DNA of 64,000 nucleotides from an uncultured Gemmatimonadales bacterium (GCA_963823035.1 CAWGKG010000010.1:64001-128000), one strand, 5' to 3'; positions 30,392-40,754 are shown, counted from the first letter of the stretch. Program-made: numbers and translations. Notes: generated by a model from the letters alone, not told the origin.

Positions 30392-30488
30392 GGGATGCTC
30401 CGGTCGTGAGCGGACGAGGACAGCAGTAGAACCGCCGGGCCGGACGTGTGCAAGCGGGGCGCCGGGCGCCGGGTGCGACGGGGCTCCG

Positions 30489-30833
30489 TCATCCGGACGG
30501 CCCGCGAAGGCGAATGAGGTAGCCCGCCTCGTCGAGGTCGCGATCGAAGTCCTCCACGAAGCGCGCGACGTCCCCCGCGAGAACGCGGCGCACCACACCC
30601 GGAAGCACCGGGCGCCCACGGGAGCCGCGGCCCCGACCGGTGATCACGTGGACGACGCGGCCGCCCGAGATGCGGGCGTGCGTGCGGATGAAGTCGCGCA
30701 CGCGGCGCTCGGCCTCCATCGCGGTGTCGCCGTGAAGGTCGAGCGTGGCGACCGGGGCGGCGTCGAGGAGGGGATCGTGTCCCCCGTAGGCGGGGATCCC
30801 GCCTCGGTTGCGGCTGCGCCGCCTCGGGGTCAC
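30489..30833 (-). CDS. Stand-alone Smr-domain protein
   Basis: TLDLHG and VITGRGRGS; GAGGAGG RBS before GTG 30833. Confidence 0.85.
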   Translation of the reverse strand: MTPRRRSRNRGGIPAYGGHDPLLDAAPVATLDLHGDTAMEAERRVRDFIRTHARISGGRVVHVITGRGRGSRGRPVLPGVVRRVLAGDVARFVEDFDRDLDEAGYLIRLRGPSG

Positions 30834-30859
30834 GGGTGTCCCTCCTCGGCGGGAGTGGT

Positions 30860-30888
30860 TTGGGCGGCTTCGGCTGACAAGGTACAAT
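30860..30888 (+). promoter_or_regulatory. Possible sigma-70 promoter for the S41 peptidase
   Basis: TTGGGC-N17-TACAAT. Confidence 0.35.
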
Positions 30889-30957
30889 CCTGTCGCCGGC
30901 CTGTCCCGGGGTGTGCGGCAGGCCGCGAGGTCGGTGGGACGCGAACGGAGGTGGAGG

Positions 30958-32034
30958 ATGGTGGTATCGTGCGCATCGGGCGCGGACGCGGGGATCCGTC
31001 GGGCGACCGTGGTCCATCGCCTGCTGGTGGTCGGCCTGCTCGCTGGGGCGCTGGCCTGCGGGGAGGGCGGCCCCGCCGATCCGGGCGGCGCCGAGGACGC
31101 GCTGTCCCCGGCCGCGGCCACCTACCTGAACGCGGCGCTCGACGTCATGGAGGGCCACTCGATCAAGCGGTACGAGGTCGACTGGTCGGCCCTGCGCGAC
31201 TACGCCTTCCGCACGGCGCGCGGCGCCGTCACCGAAGAGGACACGTACGGCGCCATCCAGAGCGTGCTGGCCGCCCTCGGCGACGGCCATTCGTTCTTCG
31301 TCCCGGCCGGGTCCGCGACGGGAGGTACCACGAGCGGCAACGCGGAGCCTACGGCCAGGCTCGTGGAAGCCTTGCCGGGAACGGAAGGGCGGTTCGGCTA
31401 CGTCTCGGTGCCCGCGTTCTCGGGAGCGGGCGACGCGGCCGACGCCCTCGCCACCACCTACCACCGCATCATCGAGGGCGTGGATACGCTGGGCGTGTGC
31501 GGGTGGATCGTAGATCTGAGGGGCAACGCCGGAGGCAACATGTGGCCGATGGTTGCCGGGCTCGGGCCGATCCTCGGAGAGGGTGTCCTGGGGTACTTCG
31601 TGGACCCGGACTCCGTCGTGAGGACGTGGCGCTACGCGGACGGCGGTGCGGCGCTCGACGGCGCCGTGCTGGCGAAAGCGGACGACCCGTACGCTCCGGT
31701 GGCGCCCGAGCCGCCGGTGGCGGTGCTCGCCGACCAGTGGACGGCCAGCTCGGGGGAAGCCGCCTTCATCGCCTTCAAGGGGCGCCCAGAGAGCTTCAGC
31801 TCGGGCGTGCGGACGTACGGCGTCTCCACGGCCAACCAGGGATTCCCTCTCAGCGACGGCGCCGTCCTCGTGCTCAGCGTCTCGACGATGGCGGACCGAA
31901 CGGGCCGGCTGTACGGCGGTAGCGTACCGGTCGACGAGCAGATCGGGGGTCCGCGAAGCCTGGACCCCGCCACGGACAGCCCCCTCCGCCTCGCCATGGC
32001 CTGGCTCGGAGGCCGACCGGCCTGCACGCCCTAG
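30958..32034 (+). CDS. S41 family peptidase, probable lipoprotein
   Basis: DGHS, IVDLRGNAGG, TASSGE; ALA-C lipobox. Confidence 0.85.
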   Translation: MVVSCASGADAGIRRATVVHRLLVVGLLAGALACGEGGPADPGGAEDALSPAAATYLNAALDVMEGHSIKRYEVDWSALRDYAFRTARGAVTEEDTYGAIQSVLAALGDGHSFFVPAGSATGGTTSGNAEPTARLVEALPGTEGRFGYVSVPAFSGAGDAADALATTYHRIIEGVDTLGVCGWIVDLRGNAGGNMWPMVAGLGPILGEGVLGYFVDPDSVVRTWRYADGGAALDGAVLAKADDPYAPVAPEPPVAVLADQWTASSGEAAFIAFKGRPESFSSGVRTYGVSTANQGFPLSDGAVLVLSVSTMADRTGRLYGGSVPVDEQIGGPRSLDPATDSPLRLAMAWLGGRPACTP

Positions 32035-32058
32035 GGGCAACCCTGCGCGTGCGCGGCC

Positions 32059-34773
32059 TCAGTCCGTCCGCAGCGCCGTCACCGGGTCGATGCGCGTGGC
32101 CCTGCGTGCCGGGATCCAGCACGCCCCCAGCGCCCCCACCAGCAGCAGCGCGCCGGCGACGACGAAGGTGGTCGGGTCGATGGGGCGGATGCCCCACACC
32201 AGCCGAGCCAGCAGCCCCGAGAAGCCGATCGCTCCGAGTGCGCCCACGGCCAATCCCGCACCCGCGGGGACCATCCCGACGCGGACCACGCGACGCCGCA
32301 CCGATCGGGGGTCGGCACCCAGCGCCAGACGGACGCCGATCTCGTGCGTGCGACGACTGGTCGTGAAGGCCACCACGCCGGCCACGCCGGCCAGCGTCAC
32401 GAGGAGGGCGAGCCCCGCGAAGATGCCCATGAGGGCGGCGGTCAACCGCCTCGGCGCGACCGCATCGGCCACGTAGGCCTCCAGCGTGCGCACCCTGGAC
32501 ACGGGCGCGTCCGGCTCGAGCTCGTGGACGATGGCGGCGACGTCGCGACCCAGGGCCGCGAGGTCTCCATCCGAGCGCACCACCAGTTCGTCGCCTCCGT
32601 ACACCTGGCTGTTGTCGATTCCGTAGACCGTCGGCGTCGCCTCCGCTTCCAGACCCTCCATCTTCACGTCCCCCGCGATGCCCACCACGGTCACCCAATC
32701 CTGGCAGAGCCCCGTATTGAAGGAGCAGATGCGCACCTGTTGGCCGAGGGGGTACTTTCCCGGCCACAGTTGATCCGCCAGGGAGTGCGACACGACCACG
32801 GACCGCTCCGGCAGCTCGCGGTCGTCCTCGGTGAGGCGCCGTCCGGCGAGGATCGGGATTCCGAGGGTCGCGAAGTACTCGGGCGAGCTACGCACGGGCA
32901 TCACCTGCGCGTACTGATCCGGGCCGGCGTCCGCGGTCTCCTCCGTCTCCAGTCCCGTGCGGAAGGAGCCTCCGATCAGGGGCACCCTCTGCACGCGGGC
33001 GGCGCTCCGCACGCCGGGGAGCGCTCGCACCGTGCGCAGCAGCTCATCGAAGAGGGCGTCGTCCCTGGGCTCGGCGCCCATGTAGTAGTCCATGGGCAGC
33101 GTCACGCGTGCGCTCAGGACGTGCTGGGCGCGGTAGCCGGGGTCCACGGACGACACGGCCACGAACGTGCGGGTGAGCAGCCCCGCGCCGATGAGCAGGA
33201 CGAACGCGAGCGACACCTGGGACGCCACGAGCCACCCGTGCGCGCGGTGGGCGCCCGGTCCGGCCTCGGCCATGCGGCCGCGGCCCAGGGTCGCGCTCGC
33301 GCCGGACGCACGGCGTAGCGCCGGGACGGAGCCGAAGAAGAGCCCCGTCGCGAGGGATACCAGGAGCGCGAAGGCGAGCACCCGCCCGTCGATCGACGCC
33401 TCGAAGGCGCGCGGCGTGAAGCGCCCCGCGAACTTCGCCAGCAGCCCCATGCTGCCCCGCGCCAGCCCGACGCCGAGCAGTCCGCCCAGGAGCGCGAGCA
33501 GCGTGCTCTCCGTCAGAAGCTGGCGGATCAGCCGCCCCCGGCCCGCGCCCAGCGCCTGGCGCACGGCCAGCTCTCCGCCGCGGCGGACCGCTCTGGCGAG
33601 CGCGAGGCTCGCGACGTTCGCGCAGGCGATGAGGAGCACGAGCGCCGCGGTGGCCATCAGGATCCACAGCGTCGGTCGGGCCCGCGCCACCAGGTCCTCC
33701 TTCAGAGGCGCGACCGAAGCGCCGTAGCCCTTCGTCTCCGGTTGGTAGACGTCGCTGTGTTCTTCGGAGAGGGTCGACGCGACGTCGGAGAGATCGCGCT
33801 TCGCGGCGTCCAGCCCCACGCCCGGGCGCAGCACGCCGAACACCGTCATCATCCGGGCGCGCCGGTTGGCGATGAAGTCGGGGTCGGAGCGGGTCGGGCA
33901 CTGCGACGTCGGCATGTAGACGTCGTTCTGGTCGGGATACTGCGGGATGGGCGGGAGCACGCCGATCACCGTGTGCACCTTCCCGTTCATCACGTAGCCC
34001 CTGCCGATCACGTCGGGATCCGAGCCGAAGCGGCTCACCCAGTACTCGTTCGAGAGGATCATGACCGGATCGGCGCCCAGCCGGTCGTCCTCGTCCGTGA
34101 AGGAGCGCCCCAGCATCGGACGCATTCCCAGGACCTCGAAGTAGTGCGCCGACACCACGCCCGTGGCCACCAGCTCCGGCTCACCCTGGCCGAGGAGCGT
34201 GAAGGTCATGCCGTGGTACTCGACCACCGCCGAGAGGGTGTGGTTGCGAGCGCGGTAGTCCTCGATCTCGTGGACCGAGAACGCCATGTCCGGATCGTCG
34301 ATGGCGGGTTGCGTCTGGCGAAGGTGGACGATCCGGTCCCCCTGCGCGTAGGGCAGGGGTGCCAGCAGCACGCCGTCCACCAGGCTGAACATCGCGGTGT
34401 TCACGCCGATGCCCAGCCCGAGCGTGAGCACTACGATGAAGGCGTAGCCGGGGCTCCTGCGAAGCGTCCTCACCGCGTATCCGAGGTCCTGCATCAGGTC
34501 ACCGAGCATGTTCCCCCTCCTCGTCGTCGTCGTCCACCCGTCCCGGTTCCTCACCGCCACCCGCGCCGCCCAGCCCGTCCGCACCACGTCCGCCGTGGTG
34601 CGCATCCACAGCCAGGTCGTCGCCGCCCACCCCCGCTCGGCCGCGGCGCCCCGCAGGCGGAGGAAATCGGCGGCCATGCTCGCCCCGAACGCCTCCCGGA
34701 AGCCGCGAGGATACGCCCTCAGCAGAAGGCGGTACACCGCCTCCGCGGTCCGCCCGCGCAGGGAGCCGTCCAT
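32059..34773 (-). CDS. ADOP-type duplicated ABC permease
   Basis: LLLRAYPRGFR leader, DLGYAVRTLRRSPG, LLIACANVA, RRTHEIGVRLALGA, IDPVTALRTD; intact ORF. Confidence 0.92.
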   Translation of the reverse strand: MDGSLRGRTAEAVYRLLLRAYPRGFREAFGASMAADFLRLRGAAAERGWAATTWLWMRTTADVVRTGWAARVAVRNRDGWTTTTRRGNMLGDLMQDLGYAVRTLRRSPGYAFIVVLTLGLGIGVNTAMFSLVDGVLLAPLPYAQGDRIVHLRQTQPAIDDPDMAFSVHEIEDYRARNHTLSAVVEYHGMTFTLLGQGEPELVATGVVSAHYFEVLGMRPMLGRSFTDEDDRLGADPVMILSNEYWVSRFGSDPDVIGRGYVMNGKVHTVIGVLPPIPQYPDQNDVYMPTSQCPTRSDPDFIANRRARMMTVFGVLRPGVGLDAAKRDLSDVASTLSEEHSDVYQPETKGYGASVAPLKEDLVARARPTLWILMATAALVLLIACANVASLALARAVRRGGELAVRQALGAGRGRLIRQLLTESTLLALLGGLLGVGLARGSMGLLAKFAGRFTPRAFEASIDGRVLAFALLVSLATGLFFGSVPALRRASGASATLGRGRMAEAGPGAHRAHGWLVASQVSLAFVLLIGAGLLTRTFVAVSSVDPGYRAQHVLSARVTLPMDYYMGAEPRDDALFDELLRTVRALPGVRSAARVQRVPLIGGSFRTGLETEETADAGPDQYAQVMPVRSSPEYFATLGIPILAGRRLTEDDRELPERSVVVSHSLADQLWPGKYPLGQQVRICSFNTGLCQDWVTVVGIAGDVKMEGLEAEATPTVYGIDNSQVYGGDELVVRSDGDLAALGRDVAAIVHELEPDAPVSRVRTLEAYVADAVAPRRLTAALMGIFAGLALLVTLAGVAGVVAFTTSRRTHEIGVRLALGADPRSVRRRVVRVGMVPAGAGLAVGALGAIGFSGLLARLVWGIRPIDPTTFVVAGALLLVGALGACWIPARRATRIDPVTALRTD

Positions 34774-35160
34774 CTACCGTCCCACGCCGCCCGCCCGAAC
34801 CACGCCCGGCACCAGATGCTGCTCCTCGGCCACCCGGATCAGCACGGAGAGTCGTTCGACCTCACCGGCCACGACGCGCCGTCCCAACTCGGTGAGCCGG
34901 TAGTAGCGCCGGCGCGCATCGTCGTCCTCCGGGTCGGGGCGGTCCGGCGCGTCCTCGATGAGCCCCTGATCGAGCATGCGCGCGATCGAGGTGTAGAGCG
35001 TGCCCGGGAGGATCACGGCCTTCCCGCCCGTGCGCTCGTCGATGGCCTGCATGATCCCGTACGGGTGCATGCGGCCCGAGCCCAGGGCCAGCAGGATGCT
35101 GAAGACGGGGGCGCTCAGGGGGAGGAATTCTTCGGGGTCGCGTGTACGCCGGCGGGGCAC
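34774..35160 (-). CDS. PadR family transcriptional regulator
   Basis: ILLAL, HPYGIM, PGTLY, RRRYYRLT; abuts ADOP permease; GTG start with GGAGG RBS. Confidence 0.88.
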   Translation of the reverse strand: MPRRRTRDPEEFLPLSAPVFSILLALGSGRMHPYGIMQAIDERTGGKAVILPGTLYTSIARMLDQGLIEDAPDRPDPEDDDARRRYYRLTELGRRVVAGEVERLSVLIRVAEEQHLVPGVVRAGGVGR

Positions 35161-35358
35161 ATCGCCCTCCGCGCTCGGGCCGGGAGGCGGGGACACGTCG
35201 GTCGCGCGTCGGCCTCCGGCAGGTTGCCTTGTCCCGCAAGGTAAAGGGCGACTCACTTTTTCCGCAAGGGAATCGGGAGGCGCGCCCTCGTGTCTTTCCG
35301 TCCCTGGGTCATCCGTTAGGATGTAGGCTGGACACCTCTCTCCCTACCACCGCACGCC

Positions 35359-36444
35359 ATGGCCACGCACCCGACCGTCGTCGTCTTCGACGGACACAAC
35401 GACACCCTCACGCAGATCCGCGACGCGGAGCCGGCGGCGGCCCGCTCCTTCCTCGCGCGCAGCGACCGCGGCCACGTGGACCTCCCCCGCGCTCGCGAGG
35501 GCGGGCTGGGCGGCGGCTTCTTCGCGATCTTCACGGCGTCTTCGGATTGGGTGCGAACGATCCGGCCGATGATCGGGCCCGACGGGAAGGAGGTGCCGGG
35601 CGGTCGCACGGTCGACCTCCCACCGCGCCTGCCCCGCAGGAAGGCGCTCGGCTACACCCTGTCGGTCATGTCCGACCTGCTCCGCATGGAGGCCGAGTCG
35701 AACGGTGCTCTCGAGGTCGTCCGCACGGCCGCGCAACTCCGGCGCTGCCTGGAGGACGGGACCTTCGCGGCCGTCCTGCACATCGAGGGGGTGGAGGCGC
35801 TCGACACCCGCCTGGAGACCCTCGACGTCTTCCACGCCGCCGGGCTCCGCTCCCTGGGGCCGGTGTGGAGCCGCCCCAACGCCTTCGCGCACGGGGTGCC
35901 CTTCGACTTCCCGCGGGGACCCGACACCGGGCCCGGCCTCACCGCGGCCGGGAAGCGGTTGGTGGAGGCGTGCAACCGGCTGGGGGTGCTCGTGGACCTC
36001 TCGCACCTGAACGAGGCGGGCTTCTGGGACGTCGCGCGCCTTTCGCGGGCGCCGCTCGTCGCGACGCACTCCTGCGCCTGGGCGCTGGCCAGCTCCCCGC
36101 GCAACCTCACCGACGCGCAGCTCGACGCGATCCGCGACAGCGGCGGAATCGTCGGAGTGAACTTCCATAAGGGATTCCTGCGCGCGGACGGCGATGCCGA
36201 GAAGATCACGTCACTCACGGAGATCGTCCGCCACGCACGCTACATCGCGGACCGGATCGGCGTGGAGCACGTGGGGTTGGGCTCCGACTTCGACGGCGCG
36301 CAGATGCCCGAGGACCTGGGCGACGTCAAGGGCCTTCCGAGGCTGGTGGACGCGCTCGTCGCCGCGGGCTTCGACGGCGCCGACGTCCGACGCATCGCGC
36401 ACGAGAACTGGCTCAGGGTCCTGGAGGAGACATGGGGGAAGTGA
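35359..36444 (+). CDS. Membrane/renal dipeptidase family (M19)
   Basis: FDGHND, LHIEG, VDLSH, THS, GLGSDFDG. Confidence 0.9.
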   Translation: MATHPTVVVFDGHNDTLTQIRDAEPAAARSFLARSDRGHVDLPRAREGGLGGGFFAIFTASSDWVRTIRPMIGPDGKEVPGGRTVDLPPRLPRRKALGYTLSVMSDLLRMEAESNGALEVVRTAAQLRRCLEDGTFAAVLHIEGVEALDTRLETLDVFHAAGLRSLGPVWSRPNAFAHGVPFDFPRGPDTGPGLTAAGKRLVEACNRLGVLVDLSHLNEAGFWDVARLSRAPLVATHSCAWALASSPRNLTDAQLDAIRDSGGIVGVNFHKGFLRADGDAEKITSLTEIVRHARYIADRIGVEHVGLGSDFDGAQMPEDLGDVKGLPRLVDALVAAGFDGADVRRIAHENWLRVLEETWGK

Positions 36445-36917
36445 GCGTGGAGGAGGGTGGGGAAGCGGGCGCACGCGCGGGCTGGATGGCCGAGGCGGAC
36501 AAGCTGCGGAACGCCCTTCCGCGCCACGTCCTCTTCCTGTGCGTCGCCAATTCCGCGCGTAGCCAGATGGCGGAGGGCATCGCGCGGTCGCTCGCCCCGG
36601 AGAGCGTGAAGGTCTCGTCGGCCGGGTCCGAGCCCACGTCGATCCGACCGGAGGCGGTCGAGGTGCTGAGGGAGGTGGGCATCGACGCATCCACGCAGCG
36701 CTCCAAGGGGATGGAGGAGGTGGAGCGACCGGTGGACGCGGTGGTCACCCTGTGCGCGGAGGAGGTCTGCCCGGCGTGGCTCGGGCCTGCGCTGCGCGTT
36801 CACTGGGGCCTGCCGGACCCCGCGGCCGTGGACGGGCCGGGCGACGAACGCCTCCGGGCGTTCCGCGACGTACGCGACGAGCTCCGTCGCCGCCTCGCGG
36901 TCGTATTCGCCAGGTAG
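36441..36917 (+). CDS. arsC: Thioredoxin-dependent arsenate reductase (LMW-PTP fold)
   Basis: CVANSARS P-loop, resolving Cys pair TLCAEEVCP, HWGLPDP; start uncertain. Confidence 0.85.
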   Translation: MSVEEGGEAGARAGWMAEADKLRNALPRHVLFLCVANSARSQMAEGIARSLAPESVKVSSAGSEPTSIRPEAVEVLREVGIDASTQRSKGMEEVERPVDAVVTLCAEEVCPAWLGPALRVHWGLPDPAAVDGPGDERLRAFRDVRDELRRRLAVVFAR

Positions 36918-36951
36918 CCTCCGTGGGTCGCACAGGCTTAGGTTTCGGGCC

Positions 36952-38529
36952 ATGACCACGACCGCGCGCGCCGCCAAGCGCATCCTGTGGGTGGACGACG
37001 AGATCGACCTCCTGCGTCCGCACCTCCTCTTTCTGCAGGCGCGGGGCTACCACGTCGACGCGATCTCGAACGGCGACGACGCCCTCGCGCTCCTGCGCGA
37101 GAACCCCTACGACCTGGTGCTCCTCGACGAGCAGATGCCGGGCCGGCGGGGGCTCGAGGTGCTCGAGATCCTGCGCCGCGAGGATCCGCACGCGCGGGTG
37201 GTCATGGTCACCAAGTCCGAGGAGGACCGCACGATGACCGAGGCGATCGGCCGCCGTGTGGACGACTACCTGGTCAAACCGACGTCCCCGCGACAGGTGC
37301 TCTCGGTGGTGACGCGCATCCTCGAAGGTTCGTCGATCCGCCAGCAGCAGGTCGCGCAGGATTTCGCGGCCCGCTTTCCGAGCCTGTCCGCGAACGCCCA
37401 GGACGCCTCCACGGCGGACGAGTTCGCCTCGGTCTTCACGGAGCTCACGGACTGGCACCTGCGCCTCGAGGCCGCGGGGGAGCAGGGGCTGCTCGACACC
37501 GTGCGCTCGCTCATGACCGACCTGCGGCGCGATTTCGGTAACTGGATCGTGCGCGAGTACCCGCTGTGGATGCGGGGCGCGGAGGACCGGCCCGTCCTTT
37601 CCGTGGACCTGGTCGAGCTCTTCCTCCTCCCGTGGCTGGGCGACGACCCGGTCTACTTCGTGGTGCTGGACTGCATGCGCCTGGACCAGTGGCGGGCGAT
37701 GACGCCGCTCCTCGCGCCGTACTTCGAGATCGAGGAGTCCTACCACTACTCGATCCTCCCCACGGCCACGCCCTACGCGCGCAACGCGATCTTCAGCGGG
37801 ACCTATCCCGACCAGATCGCCAAGCGCACGCCGGGGTGGTGGGACGCGGGCGACGACGAGGGCAGCCTGAACGCCTTCGAGGACAAGCTCCTCGAGGAGC
37901 AGCTGCGGCGGCTCACGGGGCGGCGCGTGCCCGTGCACTACGAGAAGATCTTCTCCGACCGCGACAGCGAGCAGGTGCGCGCGCGCGTCAACTCGGCGCT
38001 ACGCACGCCCGGGGCCGTGATCGCCCTGGTGTTCAACTTCGTGGACCTGATGACGCACGGCCGCTCGGAGTCGCCGATCCTGATGGAGGTCGCCAAGGAC
38101 GAGGCGGCGTTGCGCGCGCTGACGCGCTCCTGGTTCGAGCGGTCCACGGCCTACGAGGTGCTGAAGGCGGCCGCGCGGGCCGGGCATCGCGTGGTGCTCA
38201 CCACGGACCACGGCTCGATCCTCTGTCAGCGTCCCGCGACCGTGTACGCGCGGCGCGACGCCACCAGCAACCTGCGCTACAAGTTCGGGCAGGACCTGCG
38301 CGTCGAGCACGCGGCCACGGCCTTCTCCACGAAGGACGAGCGTGACCTGCGCCTGCCGGGTGGGCGCCTGGGGATGACGTACGTGCTCGCGATGGAGGAC
38401 CATTTCTTCGTCTATCCGACGAAGCTGCGCGAGTACCAGGCCCGCTACCGGAACTCGTTCCTGCACGGCGGGATCAGCCCCGAGGAGATGATCGTGCCGG
38501 TGGCGAGCCTCACGCCGCGGCCCGGCTGA
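36952..38529 (+). CDS. PorX-like response regulator (REC plus PglZ/alkaline phosphatase-like domain)
   Basis: WVDDE, LDEQMPG, VTKSEE; LDCMRLDQW, SILPTATPYARNAIF, FVDLMTH, TTDHG, HGGISPEEM. Confidence 0.88.
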   Translation: MTTTARAAKRILWVDDEIDLLRPHLLFLQARGYHVDAISNGDDALALLRENPYDLVLLDEQMPGRRGLEVLEILRREDPHARVVMVTKSEEDRTMTEAIGRRVDDYLVKPTSPRQVLSVVTRILEGSSIRQQQVAQDFAARFPSLSANAQDASTADEFASVFTELTDWHLRLEAAGEQGLLDTVRSLMTDLRRDFGNWIVREYPLWMRGAEDRPVLSVDLVELFLLPWLGDDPVYFVVLDCMRLDQWRAMTPLLAPYFEIEESYHYSILPTATPYARNAIFSGTYPDQIAKRTPGWWDAGDDEGSLNAFEDKLLEEQLRRLTGRRVPVHYEKIFSDRDSEQVRARVNSALRTPGAVIALVFNFVDLMTHGRSESPILMEVAKDEAALRALTRSWFERSTAYEVLKAAARAGHRVVLTTDHGSILCQRPATVYARRDATSNLRYKFGQDLRVEHAATAFSTKDERDLRLPGGRLGMTYVLAMEDHFFVYPTKLREYQARYRNSFLHGGISPEEMIVPVASLTPRPG

Positions 38530-38539
38530 GCGGGCGGTC

Positions 38540-40657
38540 TCAGCCTCCGCCGCCCTCCTTCTTCTTCGGCGTATTCGACTTGCCTGGGACGATCCTGTCC
38601 CAGATCTTCGCGAGCCAGCTCCGGAACCTCCCCTGGCATCCGCCCACCACGTACCGACCGACGGGGACGTAGGCGTCCTCGAAGGACGAGGCCGGACCCG
38701 TGAGGCAGCTCTCCTCGACGGCCTCACCGGTCTGCGGGTCGTAGCGGACCCGCTGCACCCCGAGCGGCGGCAGCCAGTCGCGCGACGGCGACAGTGCGTC
38801 ACCCCGCTCCAGCCCGGCCATCCACGCACCCCAGACGGGTCCGGCGAGCGCGCCGCCGCTACCGTTCGGGACGATCGTGCGCGGCTGGTCGTAGCCGATC
38901 CAGACGCCGGCGGTCAGCTCGGGCACGAGGCCGATGAACCAGGCGTCGCGGCTGTCGTTCGTGGTGCCGGTCTTCCCCGCGGCGGGCCCGGAGAAGCCCC
39001 CGCTGCGCACCGGCCAACCCGTGCCGTGGTCGACCACGTCGCGCAGGGCGTCGAGCACCACGAACGCGGTCACCTCGGAGAGGGCCGGCTCGCCCCTCTC
39101 GGTCGCCTCGTGCCGCCAGAGGATCTCGCCGCGCGCGTCCTCGATGTGCTCCACCAGGAAGGGCTCGACGCGGACGCCTCCGTTGCCGAACGTCGCGAAG
39201 GCGCCGGTCATGTCGAGGAGCGAGGCCTCGAAGCTGCCGATGTAGACCGAGGGCACCTCGGGGATGGATGCATGGATGCCGACGTCCCGGCTCACCTCGC
39301 GCAGTGCCTCGATACCGAGTGAGCGTCCGAGGCGCACGGCGGCGCGGTTCGAGGAGCGCACGAGCGCCTCGCGCATGGGCAACGCCATGTCCTGCACGTG
39401 GTCGCTCGGCGACCACACGCCGTCGAGCACCTGCATGGACACGGTGTCCGCCGACACCAGGTCGAGGATGCCCTGTCCCGACTCGAGGGCGGAGGCGACG
39501 ATGAACGGCTTGACGAGCGATCCCACCTGCCGCTCGGACTGCGCCACGCGGTCGAACTCGGAGCGATCGAAGTCCCGCCCCCCGATCCAGGCGCGCACGG
39601 CGCCCGTGCGGGGATCGAGCGCGACGGCGGCTCCCTGGAGCGGGCGGGCGGAGTCGGTCGGCTCGACGCGGCCGTGCCTGCCCCGCTCGATCGCGGCGAG
39701 CTGGCTCGTGAGCGCCTTCTCGCCGACCGCCTGCACGTCCGGGTCGATCGTCGTGTAGACGCGCAGCCCCGGACGCCCCGCCAGCTCGGGCGCGGTCTCG
39801 CGGATCATGCGCGTCACGGCGGACGTCACGTAGCTGCGGCGATAGGTCGAGGGCGGTGCGGCGATCGTCTCGAGGTCCTTCTCCCGCGCCTTCGCGGCCT
39901 CCTCCTCGGTGATCACGCCCGCGCTCGCGAGGACGCCGAGCACGACATCGCGGCGGTCCCTGGCGCGCTCGGCGTGGCGGCGCGGCTCGTAGCGCTCCGG
40001 CGCGCGCGTCATGCCCACCAGCGTGGCCGTCTGGCCGATGTCCAGCGAGTCCGCGGAGACGCCGAAGTAGTAGCGTGACGCGGCCTCTACGCCGTCGAGG
40101 CCGTTGCCCATGTAGATCGAATTCAGGTAGAGGGCGAGCACGCGCTCGTGCCCAAGCTCGTCGATGAGCCGGGGCGCCATGCGCGCCTCGATCACCTTCC
40201 TGCGCCAGGACCCGACGTCGGCGAGGGACTGGGACCACAGCGTGCGCACGAGCTGCATCGGGATGGTGCTCGCACCCTCCTCGATGTCCCCGGAGCGAAC
40301 GTTCTGGACGAAGGCGCGGAACACGCCGTGCAGGTCGACGCCCCCGTGGTCCCAGAAGCGCCGGTCCTCGACGGCCACCCACGACGCCGCGAGGCGTTCA
40401 GGGATGCGCTCGTCCGGGATCGCGCGCCGTCGAGGCCCCGCCACGTCGGCCAGCAGCGCACCGTGGCGGTCGTAGATGTGGATGGCCTCCGGCAGCGCCG
40501 CCCCGTCGCGCAGCTCCGCGAGCGTGACGCAGGGCACCTCGGGGTCGCACGACACCGAGAAGGCGCGCACGACCGCGACTGCCGCCAGAACGAGGACGGC
40601 GGCGGCGAGGGCCCAACGGGCCCACTTCGGAGGTGTCCGCAGGATGGTCTTCGACAT
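38540..40657 (-). CDS. Class A penicillin-binding protein (PBP1A-like)
   Basis: EDRRFWDHGG and GASTI transglycosylase motifs; SLVK, SSN, KTGT transpeptidase motifs. Confidence 0.92.
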   Translation of the reverse strand: MSKTILRTPPKWARWALAAAVLVLAAVAVVRAFSVSCDPEVPCVTLAELRDGAALPEAIHIYDRHGALLADVAGPRRRAIPDERIPERLAASWVAVEDRRFWDHGGVDLHGVFRAFVQNVRSGDIEEGASTIPMQLVRTLWSQSLADVGSWRRKVIEARMAPRLIDELGHERVLALYLNSIYMGNGLDGVEAASRYYFGVSADSLDIGQTATLVGMTRAPERYEPRRHAERARDRRDVVLGVLASAGVITEEEAAKAREKDLETIAAPPSTYRRSYVTSAVTRMIRETAPELAGRPGLRVYTTIDPDVQAVGEKALTSQLAAIERGRHGRVEPTDSARPLQGAAVALDPRTGAVRAWIGGRDFDRSEFDRVAQSERQVGSLVKPFIVASALESGQGILDLVSADTVSMQVLDGVWSPSDHVQDMALPMREALVRSSNRAAVRLGRSLGIEALREVSRDVGIHASIPEVPSVYIGSFEASLLDMTGAFATFGNGGVRVEPFLVEHIEDARGEILWRHEATERGEPALSEVTAFVVLDALRDVVDHGTGWPVRSGGFSGPAAGKTGTTNDSRDAWFIGLVPELTAGVWIGYDQPRTIVPNGSGGALAGPVWGAWMAGLERGDALSPSRDWLPPLGVQRVRYDPQTGEAVEESCLTGPASSFEDAYVPVGRYVVGGCQGRFRSWLAKIWDRIVPGKSNTPKKKEGGGG

Positions 40658-40754
40658 AGGGGCGTTTTCGCCCTCGAGAGGGTCCTGGTGCTGATACACC
40701 CCTGAGAGATGAAGGAATCGTGCCAATCCGCCCCACCACGCTAACTTTCCCCCC

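Noticed and set aside
36952..38529. PglZ domain as a BREX defence system
   Set aside because: It has the REC-fused PorX architecture and no brxC, pglX or brxL nearby.
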